In this document: positions 51,365 to 64,000 of the stretch, one piece after another
Layout of the letters: each line of letters opens with the position of its first letter
How positions within the stretch are numbered: position 1 is the first letter of the stretch
Origin: Eledone cirrhosa
Taxonomy: Eukaryota
DNA length: 64,000 nucleotides
Assembly: GCA_964016885.1 (NCBI GenBank)
Contig: OZ024740.1
Span: 290,160,001 to 290,224,000, forward strand
Reading direction: 5' to 3'
The notes under the pieces: model-generated
Databases searched by the model: none
Seen by the model: only the letters and a program-made list of their open reading frames with translations
Told to the model about the DNA's origin: nothing
Translations under genes and position numbers: made by a program

Positions 51365-51510
51365 TAAATTCGTGTACAGATATGTTTGCATACACAATAA
51401 CAAAATATAAACAAACGTATTTATTTCACGAGGCTCGATGAGGATAAATATATATCAAATATATAAGAACCCTAGAGCAAATCCCGAGCAACGCCGGGCC
51501 ATTCTTCTAG
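50279..51510 (+). mobile_element. Composite non-autonomous Helitron with an internal ~615-bp palindrome (50504-51119) and captured pLTR fragments
   Basis: A|TCtacttatatatataa start; cccgagcaacgccgggccattcttCTAG|T end; it interrupts an older repeat (50170-50278 continues at 51511-51650). Confidence 0.7.
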
Positions 51511-52075
51511 TATCAACTAATGCCCTTTCCTTTCCTGTTTGCAAAGAACCCCAAATCACATTATCCAATATGTCCTTAATTTTTTTGATTTGAGGAAATT
51601 TGGCTGTATTTGTTAGCAGGTAGAGTGACCATACAGAGCCTCCTCCGTAGGCTCATAGGTGTCGCTATTGTATTTTTGCTATTATATTTCTCATTGAGGT
51701 TATTTTACTTATTGCAGTTTAGCTCCAGTTCAGCCCTAGCAAAGCAGACTTACAACCAAGACCACGACTCTCACGCCATACCCCTCTATGCTCATGGATC
51801 TTGTTTTAAGAAAATAGGTGTGATTTAAAAGGAAATTTGACTGCTATTTCTAGCAAGACATACAACTGTAAAATCTCCAACGATGATGATGTTGATGCAG
51901 ATGATGATGATGATGATACTGATGATGATAATGATGATGATGATGATGGTGGTGGTGATGATGGTTATGGTGATGGTGGTGGTGGTATGATAATGATAAT
52001 GATGATGGTGGTGGTGATGATGGTTATGGTGATGGTGGTGGTGGTGGTGTTGGTGATGATGGTGGTGGTGATGAC

Positions 52076-52119
<44 letters not shown>

Positions 52120-52229
52120 CGATGGTGATAGGGGCCCAAGTTGTCGGCATCCTCTGGAAGCTGATCCCTGATCTCTGACCTCGATCAGGTGAAAGACAAC
52201 AACCTGTGACAGCAACAGACTGATGCACG

Positions 52230-52877
52230 GGAGGAGGAGGAAGAAGAAGAAGAAGAAGAAGAAGAAGAAGAAGAAGAAGAAGAAGAAGAAGAAGAAGAAG
52301 AAGAAGAAGAAGAAGAAGAAGAAGAAGAAGAAGAAGAAGAAGAAGAAGGATAAGGAGAAGAAGGAGAAGGAGAAGGAGAAGAAAGAAGAAGAAGAAGAAA
52401 AAGAAGGAGAAGGAGAAGAAGGAGAAGGAGAAGGAGAAGAAAGAAGAAGAAGAAGAAGAAGAAGAAGAAGAAGAAGAAGAAGAAAAAGGAGAAGAAGAAG
52501 AAGAAGAAGAAGAAGAAGAAGAAGAAGAAGAAGAAGAAGAAGAAGAAGAAGAAGAAGGAGAAGAAGAAGAAGAAGAAGAAGAAGAAGAAGAAGAAGAAGA
52601 AGAAGAAGAAGAAGAAGAAGAAGAAGAAGAAAAAGGAGAAGAAGAAGAAGAAGAAGAAGAAGGAGAAGGAGATGAAGAAGAAGAAGAAGAAGGAGAAGGA
52701 GAAGGAGAAGGAGAAGGAGGAGAAGGAGAAGGAGAAGAAAGAAGAAGAAGAAGAAGGAGAAGAAGAAGGAGAAGAAAGAAGAAGAAGAAGAAGGAGAAGA
52801 AGAAGGAGAAGGAGAAGAAAGAAGAAGAAGAAGAAGAAGAAGAAGGAGAAGAAGAAGAAGAAGAAGAAGAAGAAGAT
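52230..52877. repeat. (GAA)n/(GGAGAA)n polypurine tract
   Basis: Read directly. Confidence 0.95.
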
Positions 52878-53019
52878 GGTTATGGTGATGACGATGATGG
52901 TGATGATGATGGTGGTGGTGGTGGTGATGACGTTAATGATGATGACGACGTTAATGATGATGACGATGGTGATGATGATGATTATGACGACGATGATGAC
53001 GACCATGATGTTGATAATA

Positions 53020-53051
<32 letters not shown>

Positions 53052-53299
53052 CATCATCATCATCATCATCATGACGATGGTGGTGGTGGTGGTGGTTGCA
53101 GCATCATATGATGTTAGGCTTACAGAGAGTATGGGTGACATTTTGCAGGTTTGCATCATACGATTGAAAATGCAACGTATTTGCAAAATATTTGGTGGTG
53201 CACTACTACTGCACAGTTGCAGATTTCGTCTAAAGAAACACTATTTACCGTGGAAAGGACTTGTGGGGAGTGGTATGGTGCAAGTCGTCTCTTTTACAT

Positions 53300-53315
53300 C
53301 TCTCTTTCTTTTCTT

Positions 53316-53367
<52 letters not shown>

Positions 53368-53368
53368 C

Positions 53369-53418
<50 letters not shown>

Positions 53419-53540
53419 ATCTATCTATCTATCTATCTATCTCTCTCACTCTCTTTCTTTCTCTCTCTTTCTCTCTCTCTATCTCTCTATCTATCTCTCT
53501 CGCTCTCGCTCTCTCTATCTCTGTCTATGTCTCCACCCTC

Positions 53541-53603
<63 letters not shown>

Positions 53604-53726
53604 CTTTCTCTCTCTCTCTATCTCTATCTATGTCTCCCTCCCTCTTTCTTTCTTTCTTTCTTTCTTTCTCTCTTTCTTTCTTTCTTTCCTTCTTTCTCTC
53701 TATCTACCTATCTTTCTCGCACTCTC

Positions 53727-53769
<43 letters not shown>

Positions 53770-53849
53770 CCCTCTCTCTCTATCTCTGTCTCCCTCCCTC
53801 TCTCTCTTCTCTTTCTTTCTTTCTTTCTTTCTTTCTCTTTCTTTCTTTT

Positions 53850-53880
<31 letters not shown>

Positions 53881-53895
53881 GTCTCCCTTCCTCTC

Positions 53896-53990
<95 letters not shown>

Positions 53991-54075
53991 CTTTCTCTCT
54001 CTATCTATCTCTCTCGCTCTCTCTTCCTTTCTTTCTTTCTCTACCCCCCCCCTCTCTCTCTTCCTTCCTTCTTTT
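53300..54075. repeat. (CT)n/(CTTT)n/(CTAT)n polypyrimidine tract
   Basis: Read directly. Confidence 0.95.
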
Positions 54076-54262
54076 ATTCAGTCATTCATTTTTTTTCCTT
54101 CATTCCGTCATTTCATTTTTCTCTCTATTTATCCTTTCTTTCGCTTTTTCTCTTTCTTTCACTACTTTATTAATTTCGTTTCCAGCCATTATCACACTCT
54201 CATAACCAACACCACCACTACCACTATCACCACAACCACCAACGCCGCCGCCGCCGCCGCTG

Positions 54263-54342
<80 letters not shown>

Positions 54343-54410
54343 GTTGCTGCCGTTGCTGCTGCATATGTTGATTCTTCTGTGTGTAACTCTTTCCCTATTA
54401 CTCTGTCCAT

Positions 54411-54466
<56 letters not shown>

Positions 54467-54508
54467 ATATATATATAATAATAATAATAATAAGGGTTGA
54501 CGGACCCA

Positions 54509-54582
<74 letters not shown>

Positions 54583-54713
54583 GTGTTTTTAGAGACAAAC
54601 ACACAGACAACGATTTATCCCAAAATACAGAGCCAGAAAGCAACAAGCATGAACAAAATACAAGAATATCAAATACACACACACACACATATACATACAT
54701 ACATACAGATACA

Positions 54714-54790
<77 letters not shown>

Positions 54791-54937
54791 GTAATATTCT
54801 TGTATTTTGTTAATGTACTCAACCCTGGTTAGTCAACATCTGACCAAGTGACTGATATTGCTATAATGTATTGTTATTGTTTACTCTGTGTCTGTTTGTG
54901 TATGTGTGCGTGTGTATATACCTATGTGTGTGCCATA

Positions 54938-54968
<31 letters not shown>

Positions 54969-55000
54969 CACACACTCACGCACACACACATATATATTTG

Positions 55001-55106
<106 letters not shown>

Positions 55107-55134
55107 AATTATATATATATATATAGATATATGC

Positions 55135-55239
<105 letters not shown>

Positions 55240-56356
55240 TATATACATATATATATATAAGGGAGAGTGAAAGAGACACGGGACACACATTAGGAGAGAA
55301 AGAGAGAAATTGTAAGAAAGAGCGAAAAGAATGAAGGCAGAGAAAGATATATTCCTAGGGGCCGAAGTAGACAGAAATTTGGAATTGAATGTAAGCAAGT
55401 GGAAAGAACTTTGCTTCTAAAGAATGGATGCTAATATTAACAACAACAATAACAACTATGCATAAAATCAACGCAAATCATAACAATGGTAGTGACAACT
55501 GCTAACTATAACAAGAACAACAAAAACAAAAACAGCTTCAAATTTATCTTCGATGGCGACGATAAGTCAAGATTTAAGAACAACAACGTGAATAAACCAG
55601 ATCACAAACCTAATAACACAACAAGGCTGGGTTAAATAATTACTACGATGTAACACGATGTAACACGATGTAACACGATGTAACACGGTGCATTCATATT
55701 TTTGTTCATAAGTGTACGACAACCCGTTTGCCTAACACCTCAGTAAAACATACACAAAAACTCATTCGCTGACAACATCACGTTCACAACTTCCCATCAT
55801 TTAACAGACTATGTGTGTGCATCTTCAGAACTATATTAATCATCTAGAAACCTGACTTTAAACAAATTGACTTAAACTAGTTTCTGCCAAATCTATTACC
55901 GCTTGTAAGACTACCAGCAACATCGAAGAAACCAGAAAGAACCAACGATCTCACTCAACAACTTAAGCATGTCAGGCATTAAGTAACAATTACTTATAAC
56001 TCTACAACCCTCCCGCCTTCCCGCCTTCACACAGAATACATAGAAGACATGGTAAAGAAAGCAAAATAAGACTGTTCAAAGAAGCATATATATATATATA
56101 TATACATACAAGGTGTATTCAAGAAGTTTTGAGACTTCTTCAGGAGAGACATTTATTTATAGTCTGGAACTAGCTGTTGAAACGTCAACAGATCAGCTGT
56201 CGGGTCCCGACTCTTTATATAGTATAATATAATATAATATAATATATAATATATAATATATATAATATATATATATATATACAGTGTATAAATATATATA
56301 TATATATACATTGGTGAAATATCGGCATTTTTTATTTTATATAGAACGACTTCTTC

Positions 56357-56438
<82 letters not shown>

Positions 56439-56949
56439 GAAGAAGTCGTTCTATATAAAATAAAAAATATACTCCACCAATGTACTGAGTATCTTCTTAA
56501 ATTGTGGTTACCCCACGACACGACTCAGGAATCTACTTATTACATATATTCATTTTACTAAGGGTAATTAGTGAGTATTGTTACTCCAGTAGTTCACCTG
56601 TTTATCACACTTAATTAAGGTACTTTATACATTAGTAGAGAAAATGCACATTCATTATATATAGAAATGACATCTACAGGACCAGAACTGATGTTCTTCA
56701 TTAACTGAAATTTCTTTTTGGTTACAGAAAGGAAACAAAAACGTAGCGGTTATTGATAGCAACTCTTAAAGAAATGGAGAAATATTATATTCGCCAAAAT
56801 CTATTTGTAACTCTTTCTAAATGTAAAAAAACTTTATCAACTGATCAAGTCTACTTGAGTTGGCTATACAATGCTGATGGCGTCTAATAGTCTGAAACAT
56901 GTCAGTAGATGACCCCTGCCTGCAAATATCAAATCAGACTTTACTACCC

Positions 56950-57331
56950 CTAAGCATTTAAAACAACTTTGAAAGGCCACAAACTCGGCACCGCTGCCAG
57001 TATCTCGGAGGAGAGAATGATAGGCTGGACTTGACCGGCTGCTTCCTTTTTGTCCAGGTCACCATCGAGACCACTGGTATCTTCGGACCCCAAACTGACG
57101 TTTTCCTCCGCAAAACTGGGAGGATTACATCTCGTCTGAGAGCGGAGTAATGTGAGGTGGAGTGGCTGATGCAGCGAGTGTCGTTGGCTGTTATCCGCGG
57201 CAGTGTCTTCGCCATTTAGATCACGGGGCGCAGCTAAGATAAACCACCTTGACAGACGTGTAGAGCGTGCTACTCCATCCCCGTTTCCTTCACTTTCCAT
57301 ATCTAAATTTTTCTGTCTTTTCCTTTTTTTA
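56950..57331 (-). CDS. Possible terminal coding exon of an unidentified host gene
   Basis: GC-richer unique island; minus-strand acceptor-like tgtttgcAG| then an open frame KKRKRQKNLDMESEGNGDG...VVLNA* (~126 codons); no recognisable domain. Confidence 0.35.
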
Positions 57332-57487
57332 CTGCAAACATTTCAAAAAATCTATTAACTTCCCTTTTCATTGAGATTTGCTGACAAAGGTCACGAAGTA
57401 ACAAACATCATGCGACATTAGACCTAGTGATTATACCTTGTCATTTGGCTGATTATCTACATGTGATATGTCTAATTGATCATAGAT

Positions 57488-57677
57488 CAGGCATGTCAAA
57501 CTTAGAATCCCCCGAGAGCCACATGGATCACATATGTATTGTCTGAGGGCCACATACGACAACTAACTGTGCACGTTACAACTAATTGTTCAAAATTTTA
57601 TATTACGAAGATAAAACATGTTCGCGCTGTAAAAACATTTATGCGGGCCACAGGTGTGCTTGTGAAGAGTCGCATGG
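57488..57677. mobile_element. hAT MITE, partial inverted copy of 15640-15830
   Basis: caggcatgtcaaac TIR; body matches the reverse complement of 15660-15830. Confidence 0.7.
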
Positions 57678-57829
57678 GAATACAGAATAAAAATAATACC
57701 ACCCCAATAACAACCAATGAACCTTTACCTACTAGAAATAGCTACTAAAATATCCCTGAAATAGCGTCCTACGCTGGATACTGCAATCTTAGAAATACTA
57801 TGTCTAAATAAAAGATGATTGAACGTCTA

Positions 57830-58043
57830 CAAATCTCGGCTGAAAAATTCATAGACCGGAAAGTTCACTGGCTGATCAAGAAACTCTAATGGAATGACCA
57901 AATGAGGTTTATTTTTCAACATATACTCTAGAAAGAAACAATGCAGTTATCAATGAGAAGAGTTGAAATTAATGCATGCAAGTTTTCATAGCTCTAGCAT
58001 CGCTCTTTCATAGTCAGCCTATGAACATTTCAGTAGACCCTCA
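57830..58043. mobile_element. Decayed mariner-like MITE
   Basis: Imperfect TIRs tcggctgaaaaattcatagac / gcctatgaacatttcagtagaccctca, flanked by TA. Confidence 0.5.
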
Positions 58044-58264
58044 TATAATTATAGATCTGCTGGATCAAATTTGAAGTAATTCTCAACAGCGATAACAAAA
58101 ACAAAAGGCGACATAACATCAATACTATCATCAACACCGATGAAAGTAACTTCTCATCGTGGTCGTTTGACCTGCTGCAAATAGCAGCAAAATCTCACTC
58201 AAATCACACTGTAGTTTGGGATGAAAGAGAACACATTAAAAGCAGGATTATTTACATTTAGTAA

Positions 58265-58598
58265 AGGCGTATGGCTTAGTGGTTAGAGTATTGGGCTTGC
58301 AATCGAAAGGTTGTGAGTTCGATTCTCGGACCGGGTGATGCGTTGTGTCCACTTTATTTCACGTTACTCCAGTTTACTCAGCTGTAGAAATGAGTTGCGA
58401 CGTCACTTGTGTTAAGCTGTATCGGCCATAGCATTTCCCTTGGACATCATCGGTGGCGTGGAGAGGGGAAGCTGGTATGCATGGATGACTGCTAGTCTTC
58501 CACAAACAACCTTGCCTAGACTTGTGCCTTGGAGGGAAACTTTCTAGGTGCTAATCACATGGTCATTCGTGACCGAACGGAGTCTTCGAATTCACCTT
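58265..58598 (+). mobile_element. SINE family B, full tRNA-like head
   Basis: A-box TGGCTTAGTGG, B-box GAGTTCGATTC, then ttcacgttactccagtttactcagctg; inserted into an older repeat. Confidence 0.8.
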
Positions 58599-58699
58599 TA
58601 AATGGGAAAATTAGTTGATTATGGATGGAATTCCTTCGATCCTTGGTTTGTCTGATCACGATTGATGTCGGGCTAAACAGCAACAACACTATGGCTATG

Positions 58700-58905
58700 T
58701 AGGAGCCTCCATTTGGTCATTCAACGGGCTTAAAGCAACAGCCAAATCTCCGTTAAATAACAACCTACTATCTTAAAAATAGGCTCATTAGATAATTTGT
58801 GGGTAGATACACAGATGAAAGATGGTTTGATCATGGCTAGAATGTCTTTTAATCATAAGTCTGTTCGATCCTGGCTGATCTAGAGCTATTGACAACAACA
58901 CGAAC
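58700..58905 (+). mobile_element. Old interspersed repeat with (CAA)n tail; other copies ~13120-13290, 46100-46295, 50170-50278, 51511-51860, 58150-58690, 58990-59105, 59790-59990
   Basis: Shared gagcctcc..gtggtca...aatagcagccaaatct...ttggataat..gtc.taga...gatcagggct.acctgggg.taaacaacaac. Confidence 0.6.
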
Positions 58906-59424
58906 AACAAAAAAGAACGACGAGAACAATAACATCAACAAAAGCGCTATGACAACGAAAACATGATGTCAGTTTAGGATATTCTATTTGGTTGATGCTG
59001 AATGTAGCAGTTAAATGTTCCAAAATTCACAGTCTAACATGTTAAAAGAAAAACACTTTGGATAATATAGTCTTAGATGATCACGGCTGGAAAATCTTTG
59101 ATAATTTATTAGAAATCTCACAGGTAGGGAAGGCAGAATTCATGACTTTTTTCAGGGATTTGCTAGATTGGTTGGAGAAGGGGAAAGCTATCCTCAAGCC
59201 TGTGGTGCGAATTCTTGTAACTGATTAGACTCCCCTAAAAAGCACTCAAGGGACATGTGATGGTCTTAAATAACACGACAGATTTAGTCTACTGCCCAAA
59301 TAATCAACACCGGTGTTTGAACTCAGAATATAAAAAATCAGAACAAATACCGCTAGGGACTCGATCCAATGATCACCGCCATTGCCTCGTACATTATTTT
59401 TCGATTCCGAAGTGCAGTGGGTTC

Positions 59425-59600
59425 GCAGCATAGAGTTACTGCCCTTTATGATCTGAGTTCAAATCCCACCGAGGTTAACTTTGCCTTTCATCCTTACGGG
59501 GTCGATCAAATAAAGTACCAGTCACGCACTGGGGCCGATTTAATCTACTTTCCCCTCCCCCAAAATTGCTGGCCTTGTGCCTATATAAGAAACCATTATT
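59425..59600 (+). mobile_element. SINE family A copy
   Basis: Near-identical to 17630-17800. Confidence 0.85.
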
Positions 59601-60277
59601 TTTCGACTACGAAATGATGAAAAGCAAAGTTGACGTAGGCAGGATTTGAACTTAATGCAAGGAACTGGAATAGTTGTGACTGGATCATAGCAGACCTGTG
59701 ACAAAACAACAACAATAACAACGCCACAGTTATTTGTGACGAAAACAATGCCAATACCAAAAATCAACGACAACAGCAACAGCAGCGCGGAGGCCTATAC
59801 GTGGTAATTGTTATTGCTAGAAATACCAGTCAAATCTTTCTCAAAATTCATTCTACCGTCGTAGGAAAGGAAATGTTGGAATATGTGGTCTTACTTTCTC
59901 TGCACATAGGCAAACCGATAGGATGGACACCGCATAGAATTCCCAGCACGATCAAGGATGAGCATGAACTAAAAGACAACAAAATCCCCTATCAAGATGA
60001 ACAACAACGACGACAACGACAACGACAACAAGTATACATTCAATAAACAAGAGGAAAAATATTGGGGAGGTTGGTGGGAGGGTGAAAAAGAATCAGGAGA
60101 GTCTCTCTCTATATTATCAGAGGAAGGAGTGAAGTTGGGGCAGAGGTGACTTGACAGGTTGACAGTAGTGGTTTTGTGAGGATAGGTGTTCCTCTACAGC
60201 CCCACTTTCTCTCTCTATATATATATATCACTGCATTTAAATGTGTGCGTGTTTGTATGTATGTGTATGTGTGTGTG

Positions 60278-60358
<81 letters not shown>

Positions 60359-60446
60359 ATTTGTGTGTACAAGCATATGTGCATGCGTCTTGTGATTGTG
60401 TATGTAAAAACAAACACATGCACGCAAACACGAACAAACACAGAGA

Positions 60447-60477
<31 letters not shown>

Positions 60478-60517
60478 GCGCACACAAACACACAAACACA
60501 CTGTGTGCGTGTCTGTA

Positions 60518-60548
<31 letters not shown>

Positions 60549-60824
60549 CTGTGTGTGTGTACATTTGTGTGTGTGTGTGTGTGCATTTGTGTGTACAAGC
60601 ATATGTGCATGCGTCTTGTGATTGTGTATGTAAACACAAACACATGCACGCAAACACGAACAAACACACAGACACACACACACATACACACGCACACACA
60701 CACGCGCGCACACACACACGCGCGCGCGCGCACACACACACACACACACACATTTGTGTATATCTATTTGTATGTGTGCATTTGTAAATATATGTGTATG
60801 TGTGCGTGTGAATATCCGTTCAGG

Positions 60825-61465
60825 TATGTATGTATGTATGTATGTATGTATGTATGTATGTATGTATGTATGTATGTATGCATGTACGTACGGATGTATG
60901 TATGTATGTACGTATGTATGCATGTATGTATGTATGTATGTATGTATGTATGTATGTATGTATGTATGCATGTACGTACGGATGTATGTATGTATGTACG
61001 TATGTATGCATGTATGTATGTATGTATGTACGTACGTATGTATGCATGTATGTACGTACGCATGTATGTATGCATATATGTATGTATGTATGTACGTATG
61101 TATGCATGCATGTACGTATGTTTGTATGTATGTATGTGTGTATGTATGTACGTATGTTTGTATGCATGCATGTACGTATGTATGTATGTATGTATGCATG
61201 TATGTACGTACGTACGTATGTATGTATGTATGTATGTATGTATGTATGTACCTATGTTTGTATGCATGCATGTGCGTATGTTTGTATGTATGCATGTACG
61301 TATGTATGTATGTATGTATGTATGTGTGTACATATGCATGTATGTATGTATGCATGTGTACATGTATGTACGTACGTACGTACGTACGTACGTGTGTATG
61401 TATGTATGTATGCATGTATCTACGTACATATGTATGTATATATGTAGGGTATGTATGTATGTATG
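60825..61465. repeat. (ATGT)n tract with ACGT/ATGC variants
   Basis: Read directly. Confidence 0.95.
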
Positions 61466-61541
61466 AGCGTTTGTGAGTGAAAAAGTCACGCGCACTTCAT
61501 CGGTGGTTGTGAGGTTCGGTGTGGGGTGTGTGGGAAGAGTA

Positions 61542-61741
61542 NNNNNNNNNNNNNNNNNNNNNNNNNNNNNNNNNNNNNNNNNNNNNNNNNNNNNNNNNNN
61601 NNNNNNNNNNNNNNNNNNNNNNNNNNNNNNNNNNNNNNNNNNNNNNNNNNNNNNNNNNNNNNNNNNNNNNNNNNNNNNNNNNNNNNNNNNNNNNNNNNNN
61701 NNNNNNNNNNNNNNNNNNNNNNNNNNNNNNNNNNNNNNNNN
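61542..61741. other. Assembly gap (200 N)
   Basis: Run of n. Confidence 0.99.
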
Positions 61742-61943
61742 GGAAGAGTAACAAGATCTTCTGGAGAGGTTCAAGCGGATGGAGAGTCAAAAACACGCGC
61801 GTGACACACGCACACACGCATGCGCGTTACAGTTTACTTGGATTGAGAGGGGGGAGAATAGATATTAGTAAATAGATAGGTATACACGTTTACACATACG
61901 CACGCACGCATATGTGTGTGTGTGAGAGTGTACATATATATAT

Positions 61944-62028
<85 letters not shown>

Positions 62029-62033
62029 TTATG

Positions 62034-62076
<43 letters not shown>

Positions 62077-62303
62077 TATACATATATATAATAGAATGTG
62101 TGTGTGTTCTGTGTATATATATATATATGTTTATAAAGAGTATATGTGCAATGTATGCATGTATGCGTGCGTGTTTGTAACTGTGTCCGCACGCGTGTGT
62201 TTGACTAGCTCGAAAAATTTACATTACGTATGTGTATATCAATATATATGCAAATCTCAGTCCCCCCTTCCTCTACCCCCCTCTCTACCCTCCCCTTACC
62301 CCC

Positions 62304-62337
<34 letters not shown>

Positions 62338-62576
62338 GCTTGTGTGGTATGTGCGTGTGTGTGTACGTGTCTACATATGTATATATTATGTATATATATA
62401 TATATACAACATATATGCATATATATATATATACACACATATATATATATAAATATACATATATATACATACATATTATATATACACACACACATACACG
62501 TACACATATATACACATATATGTGTGTATGTATGTATATATATAAATAATATATAATATATATATATATATATATC

Positions 62577-62757
62577 GAAGGAAATGTGGTAAGGAACCAG
62601 GTGGACTATAACGCACCAAAGTACTCAATACTTAGGGTAGTAGAGTGGGTAATAGGAACGAGTAGGACCCCGAGGGCTGAGCTCAAACCGTTTCGACGTC
62701 CAGAATTAACCGTCGAAACGGCTTGAGCTCAGCCGTCGGGGTCCTACTTGTTCCTAT
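62577..62757. mobile_element. pLTR-derived fold-back insertion in (TA)n, same family and layout as 23608-23800
   Basis: gaaatgtggtaaggaaccaggtggac...gctgagctcaaaccgtttcgac gtccagaattaacc gtcgaaacggcttgagctcagccgtcggggtcc. Confidence 0.75.
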
Positions 62758-62984
62758 ATATATATATATTATATATATATATATATACATACATATGCAG
62801 ACGCGCGGACACACTCACATACACAGCAGCATATATATACATATGCATAAATGCATAGCCCCCTCCCTCCTCTCTCTATTTGTCTTACACACACACTCAA
62901 AAACAGAGAAACACGGATTCTTCACTCTGTATATTTGTATAAAACACGGAAGTATATCATATATGACTATAATATTTCAGCACG

Positions 62985-63068
<84 letters not shown>

Positions 63069-63199
63069 TGAAAACTTGGACGGGAACAAAAACAGAGGCA
63101 GACAAAATAAAGGTTTATATATAATAATATATATATGTATATATATATGTAGTGTGTGTGTGTGCGTGTGTGCGTTGCGTGTGCGTGCGTGTGTGTGTG

Positions 63200-63344
63200 T
63201 GTGAGAATATAAGCCATATTTCTCGAATTTAATGTGTGTGTGTGAATATAAGCCATATTTCTTGAATTTAATGTGTGTGGTGTGTGTGTGTGTGTGTGTT
63301 GTGTGTGTGAATATAAGCCATATTTCTTGAATTTAATGTGTGTG

Positions 63345-63376
<32 letters not shown>

Positions 63377-63470
63377 ATGAGCCATATTTCTTGAATTTAA
63401 TGTGTGTGTGTGTGGTGTGGTGTGTGTGTGTGTGTGGTGTGAATATAAGCCATATTTCTTGAATTTAATT
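63200..63470. repeat. Five copies of gaatataagccatatttcttgaatttaat separated by (GT)n
   Basis: Read directly. Confidence 0.9.
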
Positions 63471-63823
63471 GTCGAAAATAATACGAAATGGGTTAAAAGT
63501 TGTACCTCGGTGCGTATATGTGTTTTTATGTGTGTATATAAACATCTATATATAAGTATCTTAGTATATGTTAAGGTGCAGTATGTTAAGATGATGGTGG
63601 TAAGTGGTGTATGAATGGATGACGGGGATTGTGAGGTCTGGGGTGGTGGTATCGAATGGGTGGGTATTGTGGTTCTGTAGTGTTTCTACGTACATCGGAG
63701 ATTGAAGGGGAGTACTTTCATTTCTTAACAGTTGGTTTTGGTGTAGATTAATAAAAAAAAATCAGATACACTCTCGTGTAGATATATTGAGAGGGAAAGC
63801 AAGAGAGAGACATACAGAGAGAG

Positions 63824-63859
<36 letters not shown>

Positions 63860-63962
63860 AGAGAGAGGAGAGAGAGAGAGAGAGCGAAGAGAGAGAGAGA
63901 AAGCAAGAGAGAGACATACAGAGAGAGAAAGCGAGAGAGAGAGGGAGAGAGAGTTAGGGAGT

Positions 63963-63994
<32 letters not shown>

Positions 63995-64000
63995 AGATGA

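Noticed and set aside
52185-54813. Long ORFs of 713, 340, 333 and 314 aa
   Set aside because: Translations of (GAA)n, (GAT)n, (CT)n and (CTTT)n tracts that simply lack stop codons
56330-56468. Ribozyme in the short inverted repeat around a (TA)n tract
   Set aside because: A real ~35-bp inverted repeat, but no HHR core; probably a pLTR tail or fold-back at TA
58265-58335. tRNA gene
   Set aside because: A/B boxes are present but the cloverleaf is imperfect and continues into a SINE body
60109-61476. HT/YI/CV-rich ORFs
   Set aside because: (CA)n and (ATGT)n microsatellite translations; the same applies to all YIYI/HTHT ORFs in the track
63200-63470. Repeat-spacer array
   Set aside because: The spacers are (GT)n microsatellite, not unique sequence

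Overview
Eukaryotic, gene-poor, AT-rich window full of microsatellites [(TA)n, (CA)n, (TC)n, (CATA)n, (GAT)n, (GAA)n]. The repeat landscape suggests a mollusc, probably Octopus (inference, not verified). Almost all long ORFs in the track are microsatellite artefacts. Supported content: (1) a near-complete Penelope-like retroelement (PLE) with an uninterrupted ~860-codon RT + GIY-YIG ORF at 32517-35099; (2) a decayed partial-tandem PLE resembling the Naiad clade at 38467-40303; (3) fragments of an R4/Dong-like and a Tx1-like LINE; (4) non-autonomous Helitrons, hAT and Tc1/mariner MITEs, and about 20 copies of tRNA-derived SINEs; (5) minisatellites and a 200-N gap; (6) one possible host terminal exon (56950-57331, minus). 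The main unannotated signal is a dense set of type-I hammerhead ribozyme (HHR) motifs. At least five have a canonical core (25670, 28279, 36609, 36803, 39588) and more than ten are variant or decayed. They lie in short, mutually unrelated non-coding elements inserted in (TA)n tracts, and many of these elements are fold-back palindromes carrying an HHR on each strand. All folds and coordinates were read by eye and need computational confirmation.
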